Positions 10,701 to 22,905 of a stretch of 34,746 bases of DNA are shown here, piece by piece. Both the position numbers and the translations under genes were made by a program. Every line of letters starts with the position of its first letter. Position 1 is the first letter of the stretch. Where the stretch lies: the NCBI GenBank assembly GCA_964587345.1, contig CAZPLX010000001.1, forward strand, positions 1-34,746, given 5' to 3'. The notes under the pieces were generated by a model, which saw only the letters and a list, made by a program, of their open reading frames with translations, did not search any database and was not told where the DNA came from. The stretch is from an uncultured bacterium (lineage in GTDB: Bacteria > Desulfobacterota > Deferrimicrobia > J040).

Positions 10701-11162
10701 GTTCTTCCCGAGCCAATTGACGAGTTCTTCCCTGTCTGCCTCCTGGCCGCGGATCACGCGAAATTCCTTTTCCAAAAGGATTTCCGGGGGAATCGTAAAG
10801 GATGAAAACCCCTCCGCAGTCGTTACCACAAGGGATACTTTGCCCTTGGATATTCCCTTGAGGGTCTCGATGCGTTGTGAAACGATTTTTGGATCTGGAG
10901 ATGAATGTTCATAAGGATTGAGTTCGTAATGAGGGAAAGAAGAGGTGAAACCCTTCCCTCCGAAGGCCTCTACACAGCGCATTGCCTCCTCGGCATCTTT
11001 CTTCCCCGGAACGACAAGTACCGCTCTTTTCCTCTTCTTTTCGAGATGCCTTAAGAGGGCGTACACTACTCCTGTAAAAGGCATCATCCGATGCCATTTC
11101 CGTACTGCGGTCCGTCCTTGCGATTTTTCGTTTAGGGACATGTGTCGGTGAGAACTGGCCAT
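7728..11162 (-). CDS. mfd: Transcription-repair coupling factor
   Basis: 1144 aa. CarD/RNAP-interaction-like segment (YIVHDDYGIGQFKGL). Superfamily-2 helicase motifs GDVGYGKTEVALRAAF and LLIVDEEQKFG. Arg-rich motif VI (QLRGRVGR). The exact start is uncertain because no clear SD precedes the ATG at 11162. Confidence 0.95.
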   Translation of the reverse strand: MASSHRHMSLNEKSQGRTAVRKWHRMMPFTGVVYALLRHLEKKRKRAVLVVPGKKDAEEAMRCVEAFGGKGFTSSFPHYELNPYEHSSPDPKIVSQRIETLKGISKGKVSLVVTTAEGFSSFTIPPEILLEKEFRVIRGQEADREELVNWLGKNGFERIPEVSDPGDFALRGGIIDCYPPGTPLPVRIEFNGDRVESVRLFDPPSQRTVEWREEAILSPVSEVIEGHWGGEEDELPASVCSFIREGIRSPGVEFQLPRIYGKVGFLTDYFGDDPEVVFYNYTEVEKRCRFLSELAHSIWKGSGDDFPPPEELWISPGELGAISEKFSTRAFDLLPGSEVQDTFFGYDLEFPTQFMPSGVAFKKIESAVSLVKDVRRDGWTVLFTARGEYRLQVLGKLLREHEIFPLPMKEGEEIEGNGSRLYFIVSGIKEGFIEKKEGLLVLTEGDILGKRAISPTSTGKRRKKEHFHDIFGANDYIVHDDYGIGQFKGLERKKVGGNIADFGVIEYSGGDLLYLPVTRFDLIQRYRGGERGDPLMDRLGGKKWQATKKKVKARVQKIAAELLSIYAAREMSHTPPFPEPDGVYEEFAGDFEFEETPDQERAIKEVMDDLTGKEVMDRLVCGDVGYGKTEVALRAAFLTAMSGKQVALLCPTTVLAEQHLRTFTRRFEKFPVQVEALSRFVQKEDQDKVLKGLEGGTVDIVIGTHRLLQGDLEFRELGLLIVDEEQKFGVMHKEKLKKLRPSVNILTLTATPIPRTLNIALSGIRDISIISTPPRERLSIRNFVVPFSEDIVREAVGRELRRGGQVYFIHNRVQTIGRVERFLREAIPTARIEVAHGQMNSSRLESIMGRFYRGEIDLLLSTAIVESGLDVPRANTIIVDRAHTFGLAQLYQLRGRVGRERKRAYAYFIMPPREKCSGDALSRLSAIEELDELGSGFQLASQDLDIRGAGDILGPHQSGHIQNVGYSMYLRFLEEAVEILQEKERKQWILPDVHIPVSAYIPDEYIRDERGKLEAYRKISLIRSYDEYEAVAGEIEDRYGPCPPPVKHFLKVSILRASLAEVGVKELKVGRGKMYISFIPESPVDRRYLAGLITRGDGVFGFDRRGRFYRATAFDGLEWNVLLTEINEVLGEQRIMIDESSTGS

Positions 11163-11169
11163 GAACAGA

Positions 11170-12093
11170 TCACGAATCTCGCGGAACCCTCACCATCGCG
11201 TCGAGGGCCTTCTTTGCCCTCTTGCTAATCTCTGCGGGTACTGTCACGATGTTCTCCATTTTCTCAAGAGACTCGATCACATCGTCCAGAGTGGTGAGTT
11301 TCATGTTCGGACAGATAAGAGCTTTAGAGCCAAGGTGAAAGGTTTTAGAGGGGTTCTCCTTTTTCAGACGGTACAGAATTCCCATCTCTGTCCCTATGAT
11401 AAATTCTTTTGCTTTTGATTCCCTGCAGAATTGATACATTCCCGATGTGGAACAGACATGGTCTGCTCTCTCCACCACTTCCTCCCTGCATTCTGGATGG
11501 ACCACAACAAGAGCAGAGGGATGGAGCTTTTTCATTTCAACAATATCCTCTTCTGTCAACCGGTCGTGAGTTGGACAGTATCCGTTCCACCAGGAGAGTC
11601 CCCGTCCCGTTTTCGCCTCGACATACCGTGCGAGATTTCTGTCGGGCACCATGAACACCTTTTTCTCAGGAGGAACGTGGCGAACAACAGACACCGCGTT
11701 GGCAGAGGTACAGCATATATCGGACCAGGCTTTCACTTCTGCCGTGGAGTTCACATAGGTAACAACCACGTGGTCTTCATTATCCTCTCGGAAGGAGCGA
11801 AGATCTTCCCCGGTGATCATATCCGCCATGGGGCAACCTGCATCCTTCCGGGGAAGGATCACCCGCTTTTTCGGAGAAAGTATAGCCGCGCTCTCCGCCA
11901 TGAAATGAACACCGCAAAAAACAATGACAGATTTCTCAGTCTTCGCGGCCTCCATGCTCAATCCGAGGGAATCTCCTGTAATATCGGCAATTTCCTGAAT
12001 TTCGTCCCTCTGATAGTTGTGTGAGAGGAGTATCCCATTTCTATCAGCGAGGAGCGTGCGTACCCGATCCTGTTTAGATGTAATCTCACGCAT
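11170..12093 (-). CDS. nadA: Quinolinate synthase A
   Basis: 307 aa with motifs [19 protein letters not shown] and VVVHPEC plus conserved cysteines, consistent with the NadA Fe-S enzyme. Confidence 0.9.
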   Translation of the reverse strand: MREITSKQDRVRTLLADRNGILLSHNYQRDEIQEIADITGDSLGLSMEAAKTEKSVIVFCGVHFMAESAAILSPKKRVILPRKDAGCPMADMITGEDLRSFREDNEDHVVVTYVNSTAEVKAWSDICCTSANAVSVVRHVPPEKKVFMVPDRNLARYVEAKTGRGLSWWNGYCPTHDRLTEEDIVEMKKLHPSALVVVHPECREEVVERADHVCSTSGMYQFCRESKAKEFIIGTEMGILYRLKKENPSKTFHLGSKALICPNMKLTTLDDVIESLEKMENIVTVPAEISKRAKKALDAMVRVPRDS

Positions 12094-12104
12094 AACTTCT
12101 TATT

Positions 12105-13124
12105 TTACTCCTTTTCACGTTTCAGTGAGCGGGACAAAAGCTCTGCCACCGCCTGGTGGGCCTTCTTCCCGTGGTAGAGAATGTGGTGCACCTGCTCGGA
12201 GATGGGCATATCCAGCCCGATTGTTTCCCTCACTCCGTTTACTGCCCATGAAGTTTTCACCCCTTCTGCAACCATCTTCATGCTCCCGAGTATCGTTTCG
12301 GGGGTCTCTCCCTGTCCGATTCGGAATCCAAAGGTCCTGTTCCTGGATAGCTCCCCTGTGCAGGTAAGGATGAGATCACCCATCCCCGCAAGGCCGTGGA
12401 ATGTTTCTTTCGCTGCTCCGAGTGCCTCTCCCAGCCGCTTCATCTCGGCGAGTCCTCTTGTGATGAGTGCCGCCCTCGCGTTGAATCCGAATTCGAGACC
12501 ATCTGCAATCCCTGTAGCTATGGCAATCACGTTTTTCACTGCTCCCCCGATTTCCACACCTTTCACGTCTCCATCAGCGTAAAGACGCAGACGCCGGGTA
12601 CTCAACCGTTGCTGGAGTTCACTCGCTTCCGAAAAATCACGGGATGCAATTGTGGCAGCTGCAGGCTTTCCCGCCGCCACCTCTTTCGCAAAAGTCGGGC
12701 CTGAAAGGACCGACACTGGTGATCCTGTGGCATCGCCTATTTCTTCTTCGAGAATCTCGCTCACTCGCTTGAAAGAGCCGGTTTCCATACCTTTTGAAAG
12801 AGACACGAGATGGGTTTTTGCAATCAGAGGTGCCGCCTGTGTGGCGATTTCTCTCGTGTGCTGGGTGGGAAGAGCGAAGAGGACGATCGTTCCCCCTGAG
12901 AGAGCTTCCTCGAGATCGCCCGTGGGCACTACGTTTTCGGGAAGGGAAACACCGGGGAGATACACGCTGTTTTCTCTTTTTTCACTCAGAAACGCGCGAG
13001 TCGACTCACTATGGGCCCAGAGGGAGACAGTGGAAAAATTTCCGCTCAGGGCAACAGACATAGCTGTACCCCATGATCCGGCCCCTACTACTGTAAGCTT
13101 CCCCTCGCGGCTACCCCTCATCAT
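12105..13124 (-). CDS. gpsA: NAD(P)H-dependent glycerol-3-phosphate dehydrogenase
   Basis: Rossmann motif VVGAGSWGTAM and the GGAVKNVIAIATGIADGL motif. The track ORF begins at a GTG at 13154 that has no spaced SD. The ATG-ATG at 13124/13121 (MMRGSREGKLTVVGAG) gives a canonical N-terminus and overlaps the upstream stop by 14 nt. Confidence 0.9.
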   Translation of the reverse strand: MMRGSREGKLTVVGAGSWGTAMSVALSGNFSTVSLWAHSESTRAFLSEKRENSVYLPGVSLPENVVPTGDLEEALSGGTIVLFALPTQHTREIATQAAPLIAKTHLVSLSKGMETGSFKRVSEILEEEIGDATGSPVSVLSGPTFAKEVAAGKPAAATIASRDFSEASELQQRLSTRRLRLYADGDVKGVEIGGAVKNVIAIATGIADGLEFGFNARAALITRGLAEMKRLGEALGAAKETFHGLAGMGDLILTCTGELSRNRTFGFRIGQGETPETILGSMKMVAEGVKTSWAVNGVRETIGLDMPISEQVHHILYHGKKAHQAVAELLSRSLKREKE

Positions 13125-14682
13125 CAAACTCACCGAAGAAAGAGGTGTAGTCACCCCCCTCGCGGAGATACTCTACCGCTTCCTTCAAAGATTCTTTCGC
13201 AAGGGCCACGACGAAGGGATGACGGGTAAAGGCAAGGCTTCCCCCTTCGCCCATGTTGAGAGCTGCGCATAAAGCGGCCCGAACATACTTTTTCGGCCTC
13301 ATTCCCTGTTCCATCATTTCGGCCGCCAGGAAGAGCCTGTCCCTAAGATTCTCCCTCATGGGACGGATACACTCCCTTATATATCCTTTCAGAAGACGGC
13401 GCTCCCGGGGGCTCTCCATGTCGCCTATCTCTCCTTCTTTGCCCCCCCATCCGGCCTCCGCGTATTCGAAAGTTTTCCTTGTTGAGAGTAACCACTCCGA
13501 GCACTCGGGTATTGAGATCAGAGACCCTGTTCTCTTGAGAAGGGAAAGATTATTCAGCTCTTTCCCGGAGTCCAGGCACTGAACCCTGGAACAATGTTTT
13601 TCCGGATAGAGTTCGTTCCCATCCAGAACCTGCTCCCTCAGGGCCATTTCAGGAGGATACATTTCATCATCCTGATCGCTCAGATACATTCCGTGCCGCA
13701 AGAGGCGTATCCCGTACTCGTAGGGAACTTCGACAGTCACCCGGGCCTTTACCAGACCAGAAACACTGTTGTCAAAATTTCTCTTTGAGATCTTCATGTG
13801 ACCGAAACATTCTGTCAGCCCACACTCCTCGTTTATCTGGAAAACGCTCATTGCAAGAAATCTTTTCCGATGGTCGTAGTAGCGGGAAAAGCTTACGGTG
13901 AATTCTCCGAGTCCATCTATTCTACTTGCAAATACTTTGTAAAATGGCCCTTCAGGGAAGCGGAAAAAACGTTTCCCTTTTTCCACTCCCATGAGTTGGA
14001 GCCTCCTGATGGAGCGCTCAACCTCACGCTTCAATGCTCCGCTTCGGGTCCGGCCTTCGACCCGTATAAGTGCGGAAAGTGCCATGCCATCCCTGATCCT
14101 CCCAAGAGCATTTGCCGCATGGCGTGCAATCGGGGACAGCGGCATTGAAGAGAGCACGAAGAGGATGAATACAGAACGTGTGCTTCGGATAGATGCAATC
14201 CGGTTGAGTATTTCCATCTGAAGATCGAATTCAAGGTGCTGGAACTCCTCGAGAAAATTCTCGAGCATGTTCTCATCCCGAATGGTCAGGTCCACAAAGC
14301 TTTCAGTCACCGCCCGCCCATCTCCCTCCGTAACGTTGAGGAGGGAATCGGAGATATCCACGTCATAGTTGTTCAGAACGTTCAGGAGCTGTCCCCTGAG
14401 AGAGGGAGGAAGATCCCGAGTCAAGAGCATTCTTAAAAGGCCCTCCACAAAACTGTAATTCTGGAGACATTCAATCAGGTACGTGAGACGGTAAAAGGCG
14501 TTCTCATCCAACGTTTTCTCGAGTGCAGACATGAGAGGCCCCACAGAGCTGTTCCCGAAACGGGACATGTCCCGGGCAATTTCTTCAAGACCCTCTGCCG
14601 ATACCTCGTTCTCAGAGACGATCCGAACGAGATCCTCAAGTTTTGCCCGCTGAGAGTAACGGTAGATTTTTCCTCTTTTCAA
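13111..14682 (-). CDS. Hypothetical cytoplasmic protein, family not recognisable (helical/HEAT-like repeat N-terminal region)
   Basis: 523-aa uninterrupted ORF with composition matching its neighbours. The TTG start at 14682 overlaps the upstream stop (TTGA), with GGGAG 7 nt upstream. No signal peptide or TM segment is visible. One segment (ARHAANALGRIRDGMALSALIRV) resembles a HEAT/PBS-lyase-type repeat. Coding status is well supported; function is unknown. Confidence 0.75.
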   Translation of the reverse strand: MKRGKIYRYSQRAKLEDLVRIVSENEVSAEGLEEIARDMSRFGNSSVGPLMSALEKTLDENAFYRLTYLIECLQNYSFVEGLLRMLLTRDLPPSLRGQLLNVLNNYDVDISDSLLNVTEGDGRAVTESFVDLTIRDENMLENFLEEFQHLEFDLQMEILNRIASIRSTRSVFILFVLSSMPLSPIARHAANALGRIRDGMALSALIRVEGRTRSGALKREVERSIRRLQLMGVEKGKRFFRFPEGPFYKVFASRIDGLGEFTVSFSRYYDHRKRFLAMSVFQINEECGLTECFGHMKISKRNFDNSVSGLVKARVTVEVPYEYGIRLLRHGMYLSDQDDEMYPPEMALREQVLDGNELYPEKHCSRVQCLDSGKELNNLSLLKRTGSLISIPECSEWLLSTRKTFEYAEAGWGGKEGEIGDMESPRERRLLKGYIRECIRPMRENLRDRLFLAAEMMEQGMRPKKYVRAALCAALNMGEGGSLAFTRHPFVVALAKESLKEAVEYLREGGDYTSFFGEFDDEG

Positions 14683-15500
14683 TGCCTGACTCCCAGGTGC
14701 CTGCCAGGAATTCTTATTTTTGAAATGGGCAGGGCCTTCTTCAGATGAACAATTCTCCGGTTGATAACCACCCTGTCGTGGGGAGGATAGCGGTCTACCA
14801 CAGCCGACAGATATCCAGCCGCCTCATCTTTACCCATCTTCTCTTTTAATGCCTCTGCGTACCCGATCTCAGCTTTTGCGGCAAACCTTCCCCCGGGATA
14901 CTTCCCAAGCATGTTTTTAAAAGCAAGAAGGGACTCATCGATCAGTCCATCACCGAGACACGCCATCCCGTACATGTAACTCGCCTCTTCCCCGAATCTG
15001 GAGGAGGGATGCTCCCGGATCAATTCGATGAGAGTATTTCTTTCCCGCGCAAAGCTCTCTCTCCCTTCCAGACAGCGTGCCATGAGAATCAGGAGATATT
15101 CCTTCCGGGAACAGTCAGGATACTGCTGATAGATTCGCTCCAGAGTCTCGAGACTTCCCGCGATGTCCCGTTTTTTCTCTTTTAAAATTTCTGCCTTCTT
15201 GAGGAGGGCTTCAGGAACCAAACGGGACTGGGGATAGGTGAGAACCAGGGAGCCGTAGATATCAAGAGCCGTTTCAAATTCCTTGTCCACGAAGCCGAAG
15301 ATATCGGCTATTCTCACTGTAGCCTCAGGCGCGTAGCGGGAGTCGGGGTACCTCTCAACAAGGTCGATGAATTTTTCCCGTGCCTCTTCCCACACGCCCC
15401 GGCTCGCAAGAGTCTCCCCTTCCACAAAAAGCTTCTTTGCAGGCTCGGAACATCCTGCCAGGAACAGGACAAGGAGAATGAGAGGGATCAGACGTTTCAT
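14679..15500 (-). CDS. TPR-repeat outer-membrane lipoprotein (BamD/YbgF-like)
   Basis: 273 aa with signal peptide and lipobox LFLAGC. Repeated [Y]P-x-S/G-x(2-3)-A motifs ([44 protein letters not shown]) are characteristic of BamD/YbgF-type TPR_6 repeats. Its ATG overlaps the gyrA stop (ATGA). Confidence 0.7.
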   Translation of the reverse strand: MKRLIPLILLVLFLAGCSEPAKKLFVEGETLASRGVWEEAREKFIDLVERYPDSRYAPEATVRIADIFGFVDKEFETALDIYGSLVLTYPQSRLVPEALLKKAEILKEKKRDIAGSLETLERIYQQYPDCSRKEYLLILMARCLEGRESFARERNTLIELIREHPSSRFGEEASYMYGMACLGDGLIDESLLAFKNMLGKYPGGRFAAKAEIGYAEALKEKMGKDEAAGYLSAVVDRYPPHDRVVINRRIVHLKKALPISKIRIPGRHLGVRH

Positions 15501-17929
15501 TCCTCTTTTTCCGCGAGTTTCGCTACCGCCTGTAACCGTTCCTCTTCTCTTTCAATGCCCATGAGCTTTACCCCCTGGGTATTTCTTCCCACTGTGCGAA
15601 TCTCGTTTACCCGTAACCGGATTATTTTACCACTATCTGATATGAGCATGACCTGATCGTCCACAGAGACAAGGATCGATCCCACAACATTGCCCGTGCG
15701 CTCGGTTACCTTTAAGGTGATGATTCCCTTGCCACCCCGCGATTGCCTCCGATACTCACCTACATCTGTCCTCTTTCCATACCCAAGTTCAGTTACCGTG
15801 AGAATTTTCCCCTCTTCACGAACGATGTCCATCCTCACAGCCTTGTCATCCTTTTTCAGGGCGATTCCCCTTACTCCCGCAGCCTGCCTTCCCATGGGAC
15901 GCACGTCTTTTTCACTGAAACGTATGGAAAATCCCTTCTGCGTTATGATGATCACATCGTCCTCTCCTGAGGAGATGGCGGCATTCATGAGGTTGTCATC
16001 CTCTTTAAGGGTAAGGGCAATAATCCCGCTGCTCCGGGGTCTGGAAAACTCCATCATATCCGTCTTTTTAATCACTCCTTTTTCCGTTGCCATAAGGATG
16101 TAGTTTCCCGGGGAAAACTCTTTCACCGGGAGAACAGCCGTGATCACTTCCCCCTGGGATACCGGGAGAAGATTGATGATGGCCCTCCCCCTTCCTGTCC
16201 GGGAAACTTCAGGAATTTCATGTACTTTTTTCCAGAAAACACGTCCCTTATTGCTGAAAAACATGAGGTAGGAATGGGTTGAAGCGATGAAAAGATGAGC
16301 CACAAAATCCTCTTCTTTTGTCCCCATGCCAATCTTGCCCCGTCCACCCCGTTTCTGGGCCCTGTAAATGCTTATCGGACTTCTCTTGATGTAGGCGTTG
16401 TGGGTAACTGTTACAACCATTTCTTCATCCATAATCAAGTCTTCCAGGTTGATATCTTCCCTTGTTTCAATTATCTGGGACCGTCGATCATCCCCGAATT
16501 CAGCGGCAACTTCCCTGAGTTCCTCCTTGATAACCGAGAGGAGCGCTTTCTCATCAGCCAGGATCAACTCGAGCTTCTTTATCTCTTTTTGGATTTCTTC
16601 GTATTCATCTTTGATCTTTTTCCGCTCCAGGCCTGTTAACCTCTGAAGGCGCATTTCGAGAATCGCTTTTGCCTGTATCTCCGACAGGGAGAACACCTTT
16701 ACAAGTCCCTCCTGTGCACTTTTCACGTCTTTCGATTTTCTGATCAACTGGATTACCGCTTCGAGGTTTTTGAGGGCGATGAGAAATCCTTCCAGGATAT
16801 GGGCCCTCGCTTTCGCCCTATTGAGATCGAAGAGTGTTCTCCGTGTGACAATTTCTTTTCTGAAATGGATGAATTCGGTGAGAATTTCTTTCAGATTAAA
16901 TGTTTTCGGCTGATTTCTCGCAATAGCGAGCAACTGGATACCGTAACTGTTCTGCATCTGTGTTTTCTTGTAGAGCTTGTTCAACACGATTTCAGGAATC
17001 GCGCCTTTTTTAAGCTCGAAGACTACACGGGTGCCGTCGCGGTCGGATTCGTCCCTGATATCAGAAATTTCTTCAATCTCCTTCCCCTTCACGAGTTCAG
17101 CAACTTTCTCCACAAGACGGGATTTGTTCACCTGGTAGGGGATCGAGGTCACCACGATACTCTGCCTGTCTCCTCTTTTCACCTGTTCAACAAATGCATC
17201 GGAACGTATCGTAACAGACCCCCTTCCGGTCATGTAGGCTTCCCTGATCCCTTCCGTACCGTAGATAATCCCCCCCGTGGGGAAATCGGGGGCGAGAATA
17301 TGGCCCATCAACTCTTCGTTGGTGAGAAATCCGTTATCGATCAACGCCACGAGCGCTTTCACCACTTCCCGCAAATTATGAGGGGGAATATTCGTTGCCA
17401 TCCCCACTGCAATGCCACTTCCGCCATTTATGAGTAAATTCGGAACTCTCGCGGGAAGGACCACCGGTTCCTTGAGAGATCCATCGTAGTTGGGGATCAT
17501 TTCAACAGTATTTTTCTCGATGTTCGCCAGGAGTTCTCCGGCGAGCTTCGTCATGCGAACCTCTGTATACCTCATGGCAGCCGCCGAGTCTCCGTCGATC
17601 GACCCGAAGTTTCCCTGTCCATCCCCCAGGGGGTAACGAAGAGAAAAGTCCTGTACCATTCTGACAAGAGCGTCATAGACTGCTGTGTCTCCGTGAGGGT
17701 GATACTTGCCGATCACATCTCCCACAACTCTTGCTGATTTTTTGTAGCGCTTGTTCCACTGATTTCCCAGCTCGTGCATGGAAAAAAGTATCCGCCTGTG
17801 GACAGGTTTCAGGCCGTCTCTCACATCGGGAAGCGCTCGTCCAATGATTACGCTCATGGCGTAATCAAGGTATGATCTTTTCATCTCCTCTTCGATGTTC
17901 ACCGGGTAGACCCGAATACCTTCACCCAT
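15497..17929 (-). CDS. gyrA: DNA gyrase subunit A
   Basis: 810 aa with the QRDR motif [18 protein letters not shown], the catalytic tyrosine context AAMRYTE, a GyrA-box-like QKRGGRGK and a C-terminal beta-pinwheel repeat region. Confidence 0.98.
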   Translation of the reverse strand: MGEGIRVYPVNIEEEMKRSYLDYAMSVIIGRALPDVRDGLKPVHRRILFSMHELGNQWNKRYKKSARVVGDVIGKYHPHGDTAVYDALVRMVQDFSLRYPLGDGQGNFGSIDGDSAAAMRYTEVRMTKLAGELLANIEKNTVEMIPNYDGSLKEPVVLPARVPNLLINGGSGIAVGMATNIPPHNLREVVKALVALIDNGFLTNEELMGHILAPDFPTGGIIYGTEGIREAYMTGRGSVTIRSDAFVEQVKRGDRQSIVVTSIPYQVNKSRLVEKVAELVKGKEIEEISDIRDESDRDGTRVVFELKKGAIPEIVLNKLYKKTQMQNSYGIQLLAIARNQPKTFNLKEILTEFIHFRKEIVTRRTLFDLNRAKARAHILEGFLIALKNLEAVIQLIRKSKDVKSAQEGLVKVFSLSEIQAKAILEMRLQRLTGLERKKIKDEYEEIQKEIKKLELILADEKALLSVIKEELREVAAEFGDDRRSQIIETREDINLEDLIMDEEMVVTVTHNAYIKRSPISIYRAQKRGGRGKIGMGTKEEDFVAHLFIASTHSYLMFFSNKGRVFWKKVHEIPEVSRTGRGRAIINLLPVSQGEVITAVLPVKEFSPGNYILMATEKGVIKKTDMMEFSRPRSSGIIALTLKEDDNLMNAAISSGEDDVIIITQKGFSIRFSEKDVRPMGRQAAGVRGIALKKDDKAVRMDIVREEGKILTVTELGYGKRTDVGEYRRQSRGGKGIITLKVTERTGNVVGSILVSVDDQVMLISDSGKIIRLRVNEIRTVGRNTQGVKLMGIEREEERLQAVAKLAEKEE

Positions 17930-17979
17930 CTGCTATGCTCCCTTTTTTTTTGAGTATTCCACAGACACCAGACACTCAC

Positions 17980-20463
<2,484 letters not shown>

Positions 20464-20468
20464 TTATA

Positions 20469-21536
20469 CTATACAATCGCTCCCTTTTGAATCTTCAGTG
20501 ATCGAAAATTGCCTTCAAACTCTTCAGCGATAAGTTTCTCTTCCGTAGTGGTAAGGATAGTTTGGAACCCTGTATGTTCCACGAGTCTTAACATATTTCT
20601 TCGTCTTCTCGGATCAATCTCAGAGGTTATGTCGTCGAGGAGTAGCAACGGTTTTGTCCCTGTGTTCTCAAAAAGAATATGTGCCTGGGCAAGGCGGAAA
20701 GATACTGCGAGGATGCGCCGGATTCCCTGGGATGCAAAGTATCTCCCATCTTTTCCGTCTATCATTATTGTAAAATCGTCTCTGTGGGGACCATAGTTGG
20801 TTCTTCCCCGCGCGATATCACGTTTTCTCCATCCCTTGAACTCATCCCTATCAAAGGAGAAGGACCCCTCTATTGAAATTTCCCCATTTCCCTCTATCTC
20901 CCGGAAGCTTTCCTGTAGAGGAGCGGATAGTTTTTTAACAAACTCTCTTCTTCTCTCACTCAATTCCCCGGCAAGCTTACACAACTCCTCGTCAAAGGAG
21001 TTCAGAACAGCTTCCGGAGCTTTTCCTTCTCTCACGATAGTGAGAAGGCGGTTTCTCTGGCGCAGGCACTTCATGAAATCGAGAAGAATCTCTATATGAA
21101 GAGGTTTGACCATCGCCGCGGTCTGGTCAATCATCTTTCTCCTTCCCGGTGGAGAACCAAAGAGAATATAAATATCTCCGGGTACGAAAGAAACACTCTT
21201 GAGTTTTCCCGCAAAATCAGTGTAGCGCGCGGCACGTTTTCCCTGGGTGAAGGGAATTGTTCCTCCTCTTTTCCTGAGTATCAATGAAACTGAAAGCTCT
21301 CCTCCTCCGTCGTGGACTATTCCTTTAACAATTGATTCCTCTTCGTCTTTCATAATCATCCGAGAGTTCCCACATTTACGCAAGGATCTTCCGTAGGAAA
21401 GAGCATAAATTGACTCTATGAGATTTGTTTTGCCCTCTCCGTTGTCTCCCCAGAGCACAGTAATCCCTTTTGTGAGATTCAATCGAAGCTTCCGAATGTT
21501 CCGGAAATTCACGAGTTCCAGGTACGCAAGAAACAT
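20469..21536 (-). CDS. recF: DNA replication and repair protein RecF
   Basis: 355 aa with N-terminal LELVNFRN, Walker A GDNGEGKTNL and Walker B LLLLDDITSEID. It occupies the canonical dnaA-dnaN-recF-gyrB position. Confidence 0.95.
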   Translation of the reverse strand: MFLAYLELVNFRNIRKLRLNLTKGITVLWGDNGEGKTNLIESIYALSYGRSLRKCGNSRMIMKDEEESIVKGIVHDGGGELSVSLILRKRGGTIPFTQGKRAARYTDFAGKLKSVSFVPGDIYILFGSPPGRRKMIDQTAAMVKPLHIEILLDFMKCLRQRNRLLTIVREGKAPEAVLNSFDEELCKLAGELSERRREFVKKLSAPLQESFREIEGNGEISIEGSFSFDRDEFKGWRKRDIARGRTNYGPHRDDFTIMIDGKDGRYFASQGIRRILAVSFRLAQAHILFENTGTKPLLLLDDITSEIDPRRRRNMLRLVEHTGFQTILTTTEEKLIAEEFEGNFRSLKIQKGAIV

Positions 21537-21539
21537 CCC

Positions 21540-22661
21540 CTAAATAGTTGTCCTGATCGGCATGACGACAGAGAGGAAATCGTCTCTCTCCCCTGGGTGA
21601 AAAAGTACTGGAGACATTTCGTTCACAATTTTCATAACAAGTTTCTCGCCTCCAGATGAAGCCGCTACATCGAGAAGGTAACGAGCATTAAATCCTACCT
21701 TGATTTCGTCTCCCTCTACTTCTCCATCGAACACATCGTTCCCCTCTCCATAATCGGGGCTTGTTGAGGTAACCTCAACTTTGTTCTCCTTGATAGAGAA
21801 GAGGACAGTTTTGAGCTTTTCTGCTGCAATTACAGATACCCTTTTTAAAACCTCGACAAACCTGTCTCTATCAACAGTAACAGTCCGGGTAAAGGATGAG
21901 GGAATCACCTCTTTGTAGTCGGGGAATTCTCCCCCTATAAGACGTATGATTATTTCAAAGTTATCCCTCTCCGTACTGATAAAGCTCTGGCCTATTGAAA
22001 AATGTACTTCTCCTCCCTCTCCATCGAGCATCTTTCTCACTTCCATTATCCCCTTTCGCGGGACAATAATCCCTTCTGCCAACCTGTCAGGAATATTTTC
22101 AGCTTTTTCCTCTACAAAAGCAAGACGGTGCCCATCAGTGCCCACGAGTCGGATCTTCTCCTCCCCCTCTTTTGTTACCTTCTCACAGTAGACCCCCGTC
22201 GTCTCGACTCTGGAATCTTCCGAGGCAACAAACTGAATTATCCTGTCGATCATAAATTTCATCTCTGCTGACTGTATTGAAAATGCCACTCCCTCCTCCT
22301 TACCTGGAAGATCGGGAAATTCCTTGGCAGGAAGGCCCGCAATCTTGAAGCGGCTCTTTCCCGATCGTATGGATAGGTAGCCATTCTCCATCAACTCTAT
22401 TGATACGGTTTCGGTGGGAAGAACCTTTATAATATCGAGCATCTTTCGCGTAGGAACCAGATACTCTCCCTCCTTCTTCACATCAGCACCGCAGGAACCT
22501 TTCATAATAATGTCGAGGTCCGTGGCAGTCACACGGATCGTTCCTTCCTTTGCACTCATAAGAAAATGGGAGAGAACAGGGATGGCATGTCTCTTTTCAG
22601 ATACTCCCTGAATTTTTTGCAATACCTTTTCAAATTCTCCCTTACCAACGATCAGTTCCAT
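21540..22661 (-). CDS. dnaN: DNA polymerase III beta sliding clamp
   Basis: About 373 aa with a three-domain beta-clamp-like sequence (N-terminus MELIVGKGEFEKVLQKIQGV...IPVLSHFLM). The ATG at 22661 is preceded by AAGGAG at 6-nt spacing. The track ORF begins at an upstream TTG (22679) that overlaps that SD. Confidence 0.95.
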   Translation of the reverse strand: MELIVGKGEFEKVLQKIQGVSEKRHAIPVLSHFLMSAKEGTIRVTATDLDIIMKGSCGADVKKEGEYLVPTRKMLDIIKVLPTETVSIELMENGYLSIRSGKSRFKIAGLPAKEFPDLPGKEEGVAFSIQSAEMKFMIDRIIQFVASEDSRVETTGVYCEKVTKEGEEKIRLVGTDGHRLAFVEEKAENIPDRLAEGIIVPRKGIMEVRKMLDGEGGEVHFSIGQSFISTERDNFEIIIRLIGGEFPDYKEVIPSSFTRTVTVDRDRFVEVLKRVSVIAAEKLKTVLFSIKENKVEVTSTSPDYGEGNDVFDGEVEGDEIKVGFNARYLLDVAASSGGEKLVMKIVNEMSPVLFHPGERDDFLSVVMPIRTTI

Positions 22662-22685
22662 GGTCTTCTCCTTTTTCAACAGGGC

Positions 22686-22718
22686 AATAAATTATTATTA
22701 CTTCTTATAGTATAAAAA
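22686..22718. other. AT-rich tract (candidate DNA unwinding element)
   Basis: The sequence aataaattattattacttcttatagtataaaaa has only 3 G/C in 33 nt. It lies between the dnaN start and the TAG-type trinucleotide run at 22719-22736. Confidence 0.45.
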
Positions 22719-22829
22719 CAGTAGTAATCATAGTGGTTGTGAAATTGTGGTAATGTCCATAAGGTGCGGAAGAAAAAGAGTGAAATGATCCCTTCTTCTG
22801 TTGATAGAAAGGGGAAAGAGATTGTGATA

Positions 22830-22838
22830 TGTGGATAC
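22830..22838 (-). promoter_or_regulatory. DnaA box, 8/9 match (TGTGGATAC)
   Basis: Read directly from the sequence. Its reverse complement GTATCCACA differs from TTATCCACA at one position. Confidence 0.6.
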
Positions 22839-22887
22839 AATTTTTTTTCTTATTCTTTTCCCCATTACCTGATTGTTATCACCATCT

Positions 22888-22896
22888 TTATCCACA
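22888..22896 (+). promoter_or_regulatory. DnaA box, perfect consensus (TTATCCACA)
   Basis: Read directly from the sequence, 10 nt beyond the dnaA stop codon (22906-22908). Confidence 0.75.
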
Positions 22897-22905
22897 CATA
22901 TTCCC

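Larger units (their letters stand above)
22680..22905. other. Candidate oriC module in the dnaA-dnaN spacer (DnaA boxes plus AT-rich unwinding region)
   Basis: 226-bp non-coding spacer. It holds a perfect DnaA box TTATCCACA (22888-22896), an 8/9 box TGTGGATAC (22830-22838), a 7/9 box TTATCACCA (22876-22884) and an AT-rich tract at 22686-22718 next to dnaN. Confidence 0.6.

Noticed and set aside
11762-11777. CCACGTGG core (acaaCCACGTGGtctt) inside nadA.
   Set aside because: Only the central 8 bp match parS and both flanking arms differ, so I do not consider it a parS site.
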